A stretch of 64,000 bases of DNA from Auanema rhodensis (taxonomy: Eukaryota; Animalia; Nematoda). Each line of letters starts with the position of its first letter. The first letter of the stretch is position 1. A model generated the notes under the pieces. The model was not told where the DNA came from. It made no database searches and saw nothing but the letters and a program-made list of their open reading frames with translations. Positions 13,354 through 24,915 of the stretch are shown here, piece by piece. A program made the position numbers and the translations under genes. The stretch is taken from contig OZ059898.1 of NCBI GenBank assembly GCA_964057225.1, positions 7,750,001 to 7,814,000 on the forward strand, in the 5' to 3' direction.

Positions 13354-16300
13354 TTAAAAATTCTTATTTACAAGTGGTTCGCGGGATAAAACCTGTTCTT
13401 GAGCCTGTAAATATTTTAGTTTCTAAATTTTATCTTTGTTAAAGTCACCTTGCTGTTAGCGTTTGCTTCTTCATTCTCTTTGCCTTTTTTAGAGAGCATA
13501 TATGAAGACATTCTTTTCATAAACGCTTTTCCACCAGTTGAACCCTTCCCTTTCACGCTGTTTTCTGTGCCTGTGGGAGATGGATAGTTCATTGTCTCTA
13601 ATGCATAGGAACTTCTGAGAGCACTGGGAACTTGCCTAGAAAAACAATCTCAAAAAACTCTTTACTTCTAAAGTTTACTTATTTCGCTCCTGTAGCTCGA
13701 ATAATCGACTTCGGTCAGTTTCTTTATGTTTGGGAGATTTTTTCGGTATAGCTGGAACAGCTGGAAAACATCAAATAAAATCCGTTATAGCAATATAGAA
13801 AAATCATTATACACTATTCAGCGTTCTAAAACTGATGAATAAGTTTTTTCAATATTTGAGAGCGACTGATAATGGTAAAATGTCCATTCACATAGTATAA
13901 AGCTTATCAAATGAGTCAAAAATCCTCTTACCAAAATCAAATGAACTTTGCCGAAGCTGCTCTTGCGTACCTTCCTGTTGATCACTTTCAGTATCATCAT
14001 TTTGTTCTTGTCTCGAAGGTAGAAATACGCTCTGAATGATCCATAGTATAAAATAGAACCATATTTTGACATCAAACCGAAACACAAGACCCATCCAGCA
14101 TTGTAGAGAACATTTCACAAGGTTCTTCATCTTCATTCACATCCGGAATAACTGTATTCACAGATTCAGAGACTGCTGTTGAAAAATCATCTAAAGCTAA
14201 TTGCTCGTTAACTAGCTCGTTCAGCTCTTCAACAACATCATTAGGAGGCTTGAATATAAAAAATTACAAAAATATTAAGAATTCAATTACCTCCACAATT
14301 TCTTTTTCGTCATTATTTTCGGATATGAAATCAATTTCAGGAATTTCTTCTCCTGTATTCGCCATCTCCATTGTAGGATTTTCATCATGTATGCGGTCAG
14401 TATGAGTCAGAGTACTTTCTAATTGTTCACGGAGATACTTGTTCTCTTCGAACACATTGATCATGTAATCTTCTGCTACATTCAATTTGTTGGCCATATC
14501 ATCAGCAACATAATGAAGATCCGAAACGACTTTCTCTAGATCCATAATTTGTCCTCGGGCATCATTCTATAGAACAAATATTCAAGCGAATTTATAAATA
14601 AAAAACCAAAGCCTGTTCTAAATTGTGTACTTCACACTCCCTCTGAAGAGTTATATCATCTAATTCCTTTTTCATTTTAGTCAACTTAAATTTAAAATTT
14701 GAAAATATAAAATATCGATTTAATTAACCTTAGCATCCTCTTCCGCAATTTGGATTTTCAAACTCTTTTTCTCATGATCTGCTTTTTCTAGATCAGACTT
14801 CAACGATTTCATACAGTCAATAAATTCAGTTTCACGATTAGAAAATTCAGAATTTGTCTAAATAAAAAGTGATCTATGAATAAGCTATTATATATTTAAT
14901 TACCTTTGATAAATGTGCTTTAAGTGATTCCAATTCTTCATTAAGTGATTCATGCTTTTTCTCATAATAGTCTTTGAATTCACACAAACTGCTAATCTTA
15001 AAGAATGATAATAAGTTTCAAAATAATAGACAATCAGCACTTCACGCTCATGAGATGATTTAACTTCATTCATATATTCATCCCACTCTTTTTTTTTAAT
15101 AAGCAATTTTGCTTCAGCCTCTTCTTTTGATTGTTTATACCTCAGGGCGCTTAGTTTTTCCCTCTCTAGATTAGCATTGTACATGTTAACCATATCAGTT
15201 AACTTCTACAAAAAAAACAAAGCTATATGATGAAAGAAATTGTAACCTCTTCAGCTTGCCGAAGCTCTTTATGAGCATCGATACGCAAATTTCTCTCATC
15301 CTCAACCATCATCATAAGCTCGTGTTCCTAAAAGGTATATCAAGATAAAAGAAATTTCGGTTTGTGAGAACAATATTACCTTTTCTTTCAACTTTTCAGC
15401 ACAATATCCTTTTTCATTAAGAACTTCTTTGGTTGCAAGATCAAGTTTCATGGATAAGTCTTGAACTTGCTTTTCAAGTGTTATAACACTTCGTTTGAGG
15501 TCATTATTCTCCTAAACATTTAGAAATTCGAACAAGAAGTATGAATGAACATACCGAAACCAGACTAAGTTTTTCTTCACGAAGAAACAAAAGTTCCTCA
15601 ACTTGAGCATTAGAATCTTGTTGCAACTGAGTCAACTCATCGTTGACTCGACCTCTTTGTACTTCACAGTCTTCTAAATAATCTTTGTACTTTAGCACCT
15701 GAAATAGATAAGGTTGAAGAATAAAAACTGGTACAACTTACAGCTTTGCCCTTATCTTCTGATTGCTTTTGAAGCGTTCTTTTCTCCCTTTCTGTAAGTT
15801 CTAATTCTGATGAAATTTTTTTGTTATATTCATTGGCTCTTTGAAGTTCCCTCTCTAGATCCGTGGCCTTTGACTTCCATTCGTGCATCCTATGCAACTA
15901 TTAATAAACAATTTATTAACAGTAAAACATACGCTAAATTTAAATCTCCCGTCTCCTTTCTAAGCATATTTAACTTTTCTTCTAATATCATTTTTTCTTC
16001 ATCTAGCACATGAATTTTTTCATTCATCTTACGTTCTCTAGCCGAAAATAATTCGTACCGCATTTCGCTACAAAAAAAAAGTCAACAACTAATATATATG
16101 CCAACTTAACTTAATTCTTGGAGAATTTAAAACAGTTTTAACTGGACTTCCTGAGTCATCTTTATAGAACACCTCCTCAATGGTAAACTTGGACTGTGAC
16201 GGTTTACGTGTTTTGGGTGTCTGTCCACCTACAATAATTTAGTATGTGGATTAAAATTTGTAAATTACCATTTCGAATCGGAGTGAGTACAATATCTCTA

Positions 16301-16960
16301 TTGGGCGTGAAGGGTTCACTTCTCCACCACGAATCGCCTTCTGTATTACCAGCACATTGTTCTAACTGAATAAAATGTTTTTTTATAAAGAAGAGTAATG
16401 ATAAACATACAATTTTAGCAAAAGGAAGTTCTAAATTTTTTTGTTGAAGCTCAGGAATGAATTTTTGAATCCATTCTTTTGATAACAAAGAAATCTCATG
16501 TAGCAGTAAAACAACAAACTAAAAATATAGAGATAAAATTATTTATTTAAAAACAAACCTTATAAATCTCAGTTTCATTACCATTAGCAGCTTTATCTAC
16601 ACACAAGCTTCTCACACGACCACGCTGTTCAACCGATTTGACAGCATCAGCATCATTTAAGACACCAAGGGCAAGTTCAAAAGTTTCAGTGGGATTAGAA
16701 ACAGAACAAGGTGAAGGCTCTTTTGCCTCTCTAAAGACAAACTTAGACTACATAGCATTAACAATAAAGGTACAAAAAACTTGCTACAGATAATAAATGC
16801 TTTCTCCACAGTTCAGTTAGCTTTTCAACTGTTGGTAACCGTAATCTTTCATCGAATCCATAATGATTAATCTGCAGAGCATTGTATTGTTGAAAACAAT
16901 TACATTATACTTTACCCAGAGAAGAACAGCATCAATCCTCTCTATTTCTACTGCAACCAT
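13354..16960 (-). CDS. lin-5: LIN-5/NuMA/Mud spindle-positioning coiled-coil protein (full-length copy A)
   Basis: N-terminal Hook/CH-like region IDAVLLWINHYGFDERLRL...KAANGNETEIYK...GDSWWR, then a long coiled coil. C-terminal NLM-type motif SRLFELQERNKQVPSALRSSYALE at ~13600-13712; ends EPLVNKNF*. Confidence 0.85.
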
Positions 16961-17563
16961 TATAATTCCTTAAAAAACAATACTTTAAAAATATTTTAAT
17001 TCTTTGGATTTTATATTAATATACTACAAGGAGTCTATTACAGTATTATAATTATATTAAATTAATTTTCAGGAATAAGGAATGCGATTAATTTCGCTTA
17101 AATTAGCAATTTAAAAAAAATATTTTCGCGGTTTTACCAATATGGTTTGAGCGCGTTTCAATCCAAACTAACAATCCCCTGGAAGAAACGTTTAATGATT
17201 TTTGTTATATTTTCAGTTGACAGAATGAATCATTTATGAATCATCAGATTCATAAATGACTAAATAATGTCCATGAAACCACTTAAACTCATTAAATCAG
17301 AAGTTCAGGGATACTTCAATAAACTGTATTAAATTATTATTTTTTGAATTCATTTACACGATTTCAGTGTATTTTAAAATAATAACGTGGGCAGGTTTAT
17401 ATTTGATATATATTTGTTTCATTTTTAACTAGTTACACTAATATAAAACTATATTTATTATATCAATAAAATTAGATTTAAATGAAAAAAATCATTGGCA
17501 AAGTGTAAAAGCAAAATAAAAACTGAATTCTTATCAATACTAGGAAATCACTTCTTAGGCATA

Positions 17564-20426
17564 TCATCCCATCACTGAAAACAATAAATATTGTTCATGA
17601 ATAAATTAATGTTACAACTCCTAGATTTTCCTTCTACTGGTGACTCCTTACAGCTTCTGCGTTTTAACTCGTTTTTCAATTGTTGATTTTCTTCAAACAA
17701 CCCACCAATATATCTCTGTAAAATTATTCATAAGATTAAGAGAGCAGTCTCTGATACTTCCTGAGAATCGAATTTGGATCCTTCAGTTTCAAGTAGTGCG
17801 AGAACCATTTTGCTGAACTCATCGGCCTCCGAAATTTTGACTTGTTGATTTCGCTAAAAATTGATAATTTTCCTTATAGTCTCAGAGTAAAATACTAAAT
17901 TATTCTCCAAAAGGTTAATTTCTAGTTCGGCCTTGCTCATATAATTGCTGAATTCGTTACGGAGATCGCTAATCTGAAATAATATACGAACATATATGAT
18001 TTTTTTGACAAGCATAATGCAGTACAATTTCATCTTTTTTGTTTAGAAGAAATCTCAGACTTTTACTTTCTTGATCATGTATTACTGAGTCTGTTTTTGC
18101 ATTACTCATATTTTGCTGAGTTCCATCCTCTGATGCATCGGAAACTATCTAAAAACAGTTAAATATTTTTTCTAAAAAAGCAGCTAACCTTCGCAATATG
18201 TGACCTTAATTCATCTAGTTCCTCAGTTACAGATTGATGCTTTTTCTCATAATAATTTTTGAATTCTATTTGACTGTTCAGCTAAAAAACTACATAGATA
18301 TTTCTGAAACCTTATAAATTAACCTCCCGCTCATGTGAAGCATGAATTTTTTCAAGTTGAGTATCCCATTCTTTTTTTTTTGAAATCAGCTTTTCTTCCG
18401 CCTATACAAGTTTTCAAATTATTTTTGCACAGTATGTGAATTATTCACCTCTTCTTTAGATTGTCTATATCTGGCTACAGTTTCTTTCTCTCGTGCTATA
18501 TTTGAGTTATAAAGTTCTGTTACATCATGTAATTTCTATTCAATTACATATATTTAAAAATAATATAACGCATCTAACCTCTTGAGATTGACGAAGTTCC
18601 CTTAAAATATCTTGTTTAAGACTACGTTCCTCTTCAAGTGTTCGTTTGAATTCTGTTTCCTAAAAATGAAAATAGTGATCTTGCTTACAACACATGCTTT
18701 CTTTTCTTTCTACCTTTTCTCTTAATGAATCCATCCGGTATATTTTTTCTCTTTCTAATTCACGTCCTGCGGACTCTAACTTTATGTTAAGATCTTGAAC
18801 TTGCTTCTCTAATATAGCTATCTGTCGCTTTAAGTCATTAGCTTGCTGTAAGAAAGAAAATTACAAAATCCGCACTTTTAAAATACTTACGGCAGACAAT
18901 GAATATTTGTCATCACGCAGATATGTTAATTCTTCTTTATTTGCTAAGATATGTTGTTGAAGTTGAAAACACTCTTCAGCTACTTTAACCCTCTGATGCT
19001 CATATTCACAAAGATATTTTTGGGTTCGTTCATTCTTTTTGTTGGACTCTTCCAGTTGTTTTTTTAAAAGTTTAATAGTCTTTGCTTCATTTTCAGATTC
19101 GTCGATTAACTTGTTATGCGTGAATTGGATTCGTTCCAATTCTTTCACTGCTTCCTGAGCTTTCTTCTTCCAATCTCGTACTCTGTAACATCAAACCATA
19201 AATATAATTAAAATACAAAAAGACAAACTCGGAAGTTAAATCGTCTAAGTGTTGTTCCTTCGTCACTAATTCAGATTCTAAATCAGCTTTTTCTTTTCGT
19301 AAGCTTTTGTTCTCATATCGCAAATTTCGCTCTATCAGATTGAGATCATCAATTTTATTTTGGAGCTGTGATGAAACACTTTTAGTTTGATCTTCAGCCT
19401 CTTCTAAATATTCTCTATAATGATTCATCTGAACGAAAAATAGAAAATTATGAGATTCAAAATCTTCTCCTGTATTACGCTTTCAACATTTTTCTGACAT
19501 TGATTCCGCAGAACCTTATTTTCTTTCTCAAGTTCCTCAATAAGTGTATTGTTCATTCGTAACTCTCTGGTGAGGAGAAAAGAAATAAAAATAGAGGTCA
19601 GTTTAAATTATCTAACTTAAATGATGGTGAATTTAGAGTTGTATCTAAATTAAGCACAGGGCTATTTGTGAACACTTCTTCTTTTCTTGAAGACCTACAT
19701 CTTGTTAAACCTAAAGCATTATTTATTTAAGGTAATACAATAAGTAATAACTTCTTGAACGACGAGATGGAGTACAATCTAATCTCCACCATGAATCTCC
19801 TACTAAATTTTCTCGGCACTGTACAATCTAGAAGAAGACTTATGATTAAATTCAATACAAAACTTTTCTGTTACAATGTTGCTAAGAGTTGTTTCCACAT
19901 CATCACCTTGATATTCTTTTTTAAACTTCATCACTTCTTCTTTATAAGAAATAGCAACATAAAAAAGGAATAGAACAATAAACTGTAATATATATATAAC
20001 GCTTTGTTTATAACATAAATATTATTAGTACCTTATAAATTTCAGTATTATCGCCATTTGCAGCCTTTATAGGACTTAATGTTCTTATTTTATGTTTATG
20101 CTTATTCTGTTGCTCAAATACTTCTGTTAAAACTTTAAGGGCATTATTGTAAGCATCAATCGGAGATAAGCTCGATTGTTGTTGAAACTTGCCAGTAGCA
20201 CTGAAAAGGTTAATTAGTATAATCGATTTAATCATTTAGTTGCTAACCAAAAATGTGTTAAAGTTGGTATGTGTCGACACCAGATAGTTCCATAATGAGT
20301 TATATTACGCAATTGTAACGATTTCTGACTACCAAAAAAATTAATCTGACAATAAAAAGATAAGAGGATAAGAGAATTATGCTTTACCCATAGTAAAAGC
20401 CCATCAGTTCTCTGATTAAAACTCAT
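17564..20426 (-). CDS. Tandem LIN-5 paralogue (copy B), C-terminally shortened
   Basis: MSFNQRTDGLLLW|INFFG...KAANGDNTEIYK|FIVL...GDSWWR with intron positions shared with copy A. Coiled coil aligns to A up to YIGGLFEENQQL (A: YMINVFEENKYL), then stops at ~17564-17572. Confidence 0.75.
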
Positions 20427-21173
20427 TGTTATGATAAAACGTCAATTATTAATCTAATATACCACACTAAATGAAAATCCTACTAATAAGAAGAGTATGC
20501 GTGTTTTCTGTAGTTGTATTTCAATCCATAATTGTAATCTTTAAAAAAAATTGTAGTTATTGTTTAATCCATATTTGTATTTTAAAAAACAGACCGTTTA
20601 GTTCAGGAGTAAGCAGCAAATAGCACATTTGAGATTATTATATTAATTTATATCAGATTTTAGGTTTTAAATGTTAAGCTGACAACCGAAAAAGTTTAAA
20701 ATACAAATGAAAGAGCTCAGTTTGACGTCTATTTTAACATACTTTTTATAAATAATTATAAATAATTTTTTAAATTCTTCAATAAAAGACAGATAGATGA
20801 GAGAAGAAGTAATCTAACTTTTGAAAAATACAGACAGGTTTGTTTTAGATTTCGGAAGTAAATATAGATATTTTATTAGCATTCATAATCTCAATCTCAA
20901 TGTATCTGAGCATATTGTTTTGCATTCCGAATTAATTCTAAAGTCTTGTCACGAATATAATTCAATTTAAAATTTGAATTATCGATTTTATTATATCAAC
21001 AGTCATATTTGTATATTTTTCTAAAGTTTATTAAACTTTTTTTCAATATAATTTATTTAAACTCAAATTATATGTAAATTACGTTTATAACCTCTTTTGT
21101 ATATTTCGCAATGGAAACCCATATTTCATAATACACAGGCTAATAAATATACACTGAATCAGTTCAACTAGGA

Positions 21174-23031
21174 ATGGGTAGGAGGAGAATCACAAAATCT
21201 AGCAATACTAGCAGAAAAAGAACTCGAGAAAATAGTCCTCCAGAAATCGACAGTGTTAATGTAACGGCTGAAGAAGGGGAAGAAGGAAATGAGGAAATGT
21301 ACGAAATTGAGACTCTACTCCATTTTCGTGTGGTATGTTTATATTGTATTTTTTATGTTTGAAATAAAATCATGCTTTTCAGGTTAAGAAAAAAGGAAAG
21401 TCGCTTCTCAACTACGAAATTAAATGGAAAGATTATGATTCTGATGAAAATACGTTTGAAGAGGAGAATCGGATTCTCAACTTTGCTGGAGTGTATAGGT
21501 TTTGGGTTCGTCAACTTGAATCCAATTCTTTGCCGAATAATAAAAGATGTAGGCAAAAAAATTAAAATGTTGCTTCTGTATAGTTTTCTTTAGATCTAGC
21601 AACTGGTACAATCCTCTATAATAGCATTCAAAATACATTTGGCCGTTTTTTACTTGGGCAACATGTTGATTTACGGCAACAATTATTAGACGTTAGTAGT
21701 TTATTCAATAGCAAGATTGTACAAAATATTTTGAAGTTGGTTCCTACATATCATTGGCAGTACAGGTTGCATTGTATTGAAGACGAAGATGACTTCAGAG
21801 TTGCACAGTCCAGGTTATAAGCATGGTTAAAGCCGAAAAGTTAATTGCACTTTTTAAAGATATAATCATCAATTAAGAAGAATATATGAAGGTTTGGATG
21901 ATTATCCACTTTTTGAAATGGTAAACCTTGTCGACCAATATCTGCCTATACCATTATCTCATGTGTGCTTTAATGATATTTATCCTGATTCCGAAGATAT
22001 ATTTTATGAAGAAATTGCCGATAGTAAGAATGCAAGTTAATTTTTTTTTGGTTTATAAACTACAGACTCTTTGTTTATGATTTAGATGCATATATTAAGT
22101 AAAACAGGACTTCAAATTGTTACTGATAGAACTAAAGGATATGTTCCGAAGGACGAGGTCTACGAGGTTCTTAAATTATTAATCATAAACAAAAGATTAT
22201 ACATTGTTATAGATTTTTGCAACTAATCTTTATGATGTTAAAACCTCTCTTTTCATTAAGTATTTATTTTGCTTTGTAAACAAATTTCGAATAATTTTTT
22301 ATAGAGCCCATCCAGATGTACATTGCCTAGTTCAACGAAGTATCGAGAATACCTGGGAATTGCTATCCCGTAAGGACATCCCTTCGGGAGTAAAAATTAT
22401 GCCTATTTCTGGAAAAGTTAGAATACAATTAATTGCTATTTGTAATTAATATTTTTAAGGTTACGGATATCGAAACTGCTCTGTGCTCGCTCAATGAAGA
22501 AAACTTGCTGTTAGCCTATACTTCTTTCATAAGAATTGATGATAAAACTTGTCTTGATAGAAGAAGTTTATCTGATTTCTCTCAATATCTAGCGCAATCG
22601 GTATTACATTAAACTTATAGTAAAATGAGATTTCAATTTTTTTTTAGTGTGAGCCTAATTGCTATGCTGTTCAACAATTTATTGAGAATAGAACAAGATT
22701 GTTTATTTATTCTAAAAGACATATATCCGCTGGCGAAAAATTAACTCTGGATTGGTTCAAAATGTTTAAAACCAGCAGTACGAAACTTGAAATTTTAAAA
22801 TTTTAAAATAATTCAACTCTTGCTAGGAAATACTCCTTCTCATCAAGACTTGGTTGAAAAGGGAGTTCTTCATGTGTTATGCAGTTGTGCGAAACCAGAG
22901 TAATCAGTTAACGTTTAAAAGTAATAATATCCTTAAATTGCAGGTGTCGCTCTGTATTATGGTACGACGAAAGAAAAAGTATCGCATCTCGAAAAAAAGC
23001 AGATCCATATGGTGGACTACTCATTTACTAA
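21174..23031 (+). CDS. Chromodomain + degenerate SET + post-SET protein (SUV39/set-31-like architecture)
   Basis: Chromo: MYEIETLLHFRV|VKKKGKSLLNYEIKWKDYDSDENTFE. SET: TWELLSRKDIPSGVKIMPISGKV...QYLAQS|CEPNC...RLFIYSKRHISAGEKLTLDW. Post-SET: CSCAKPECRSVL. Stop at 23029-23031. Confidence 0.8.
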
Positions 23032-23583
23032 ATGACCTATCTATATAAGCAATTTTGTGATAATATTAATATTAATGATTAAATCAAAGGGACTACTACT
23101 CTCTGAATGCATGATTTTCTTCCTGACACCAACACTGTAGTTTTTCTAGAACTCGGATGATGGTTGTCAGATAGTGACACAAACAGAGAAGTGTCGCATC
23201 ATTTTTCCCCACTTATCCATTTACAATTCATATCCATCTAAAATTGACGATAACGTGCCTCATAGAACAGACCCATTCATGGCTTTTCCTATTTGAACAA
23301 TAAAATCTTGCCAATAGTGTGCTGAAGTCATTTTTTTCTTTGACTAAAAGACATGAGAGTTCCGCCTCTTTCTTGCGTGTGTTCAGCTATAAAAGCAAAT
23401 TGAGTCTTCAGCTGACTTTTAGTACTTCGTCTTTTGGAGATTTCTTATCAAAAGTTCTCATCGGTCGTTTATTTACTCGAAAGTTGGCATCCAACCGGAC
23501 AAGCGTTCAAATTCATCCATCAAACGCAACTACTACTGCCTAATATCAGTTTGACTTTTTAATCCTAACCTCCATTCTGCCGA

Positions 23584-24005
23584 ATGTCTAGAGCACACTT
23601 ATCAACAGGTACATTTCATTATATTATATAGCATAATCAGATATTTTCAGGTCATGTATCTTCTCCTTATTTACGAAGATTTCGCTTGCCTGCATTAGGC
23701 ACATATAGGGGCTATGAAGATCCTCTAAGTCCATCCGATGAACTCGCGAAATTGGATCTAATTACAGCACGCATGGTAACAAAGTTTTTAAATGTTTTAT
23801 ATGAATAACATAATGATGCAGAGTGAGATGGTATGTAATGATAACCAAGGAAATCCTAATAATAATATTCAGAAAATTCAGGAAGATACTTCACATCGGT
23901 AGGATAATAAATTGAAGCTACAATATTAAAAGATTATCTTTCAGGTTGGAATCTATTTCTGTACTCGAATCCATTTTCCACCCAAGAAAACTTTTCGCCA
24001 AGTAG
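23584..24005 (+). CDS. 95-aa protein of unknown function, 4 exons
   Basis: Three ~42-46 nt GT-AG introns splice to an open frame: MSRAHLSTGHVSSPYLRRFRLPALGTYRGYEDPLSPSDELAKLDLITARMSEMVCNDNQG...ESIFHPRKLFAK*. AATAAA at ~24050. Confidence 0.65.
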
Positions 24006-24251
24006 TTTCTTTTCTGGCTGATTGCTTTCTGTGAATATCAGATCTTTTGAATAAAAATCACACGTCGATATAATATTTGAGCTTTCTATTATTTTATGTA
24101 CGAGATCACCGTAATTCCGAAAATAAAGATGTGAATGCGGCTGGCTTGTCGATAAAACTAATAACAGTGAAATATTAAGAAAATATTAGGATTTTTAAAA
24201 TATTTTAAACTATATTTTTTATAACCATTATCATTAATTTCGTCAATTCAA

Positions 24252-24285
24252 ATGTACAGAGAGACATTATGTACAGAGAGACATT
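24252..24285. repeat. Perfect 17-bp tandem duplication ATGTACAGAGAGACATT x2
   Basis: Read directly from the sequence. Confidence 0.9.
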
Positions 24286-24565
24286 ATCTCTTTATATCTC
24301 ACCGATTAAAAATCACAGCATAATTTATAATATAATATTTAAGTTGTTTATCCTTTCTTTGCCTTTTAGTGAGGTGACCTCACTGAGTTCTAAAATGTAC
24401 GCAATAAATTTTCTGTTTTGCGTACATTGCGTGGCAGAAGGAATTTATTTCCTTTTTTTCAATATAACTTTAAAACTCTAAACATACTTGAAACATATAG
24501 TTATTACAGAAGCAACATAATAGCATTGCTCAAAGTAGCTTTGCTTTTGATTGATTAACTAAATT

Positions 24566-24911
24566 ATGCTCTCAGAGCTGATAATTGCTGGAACACTATT
24601 CATCAACGCCTGCGCTGTTCTTAACTTCAAACTGTTCGTTCTTTTTTCTATCACTGTCTAAATAATTCTTATCGAGTCGTTTCACATTTTAGAACCAAAT
24701 CTCAGCACGACTTCACACAGTTCATACCTGAAGGAGAAGCCAGGGCTTTTGGCGATAGAATTAGAGAGTTTCTTGCATCTCTACAGTACTTTCGTGTTTT
24801 CATTGCGCTTTGGAACTTTTTCTTAATTTTTTTGATGTTTGTGTAAGTTTCATATTTTCGAACTTTATATCTGGTGTGCTTTTCTTTCTTTCTAGTTTCT
24901 TCTCTCATTAA
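24566..24911 (+). CDS. SMIM7: Small integral membrane protein 7 (exons 24566-24633, 24693-24842, 24896-24911)
   Basis: [23 protein letters not shown]...[36 protein letters not shown] matches the SMIM7 motifs GTLxxNAxAVLNFKL and IREFLxSLxYFRxFIALWN. Confidence 0.92.
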
Positions 24912-24915
24912 AAAT

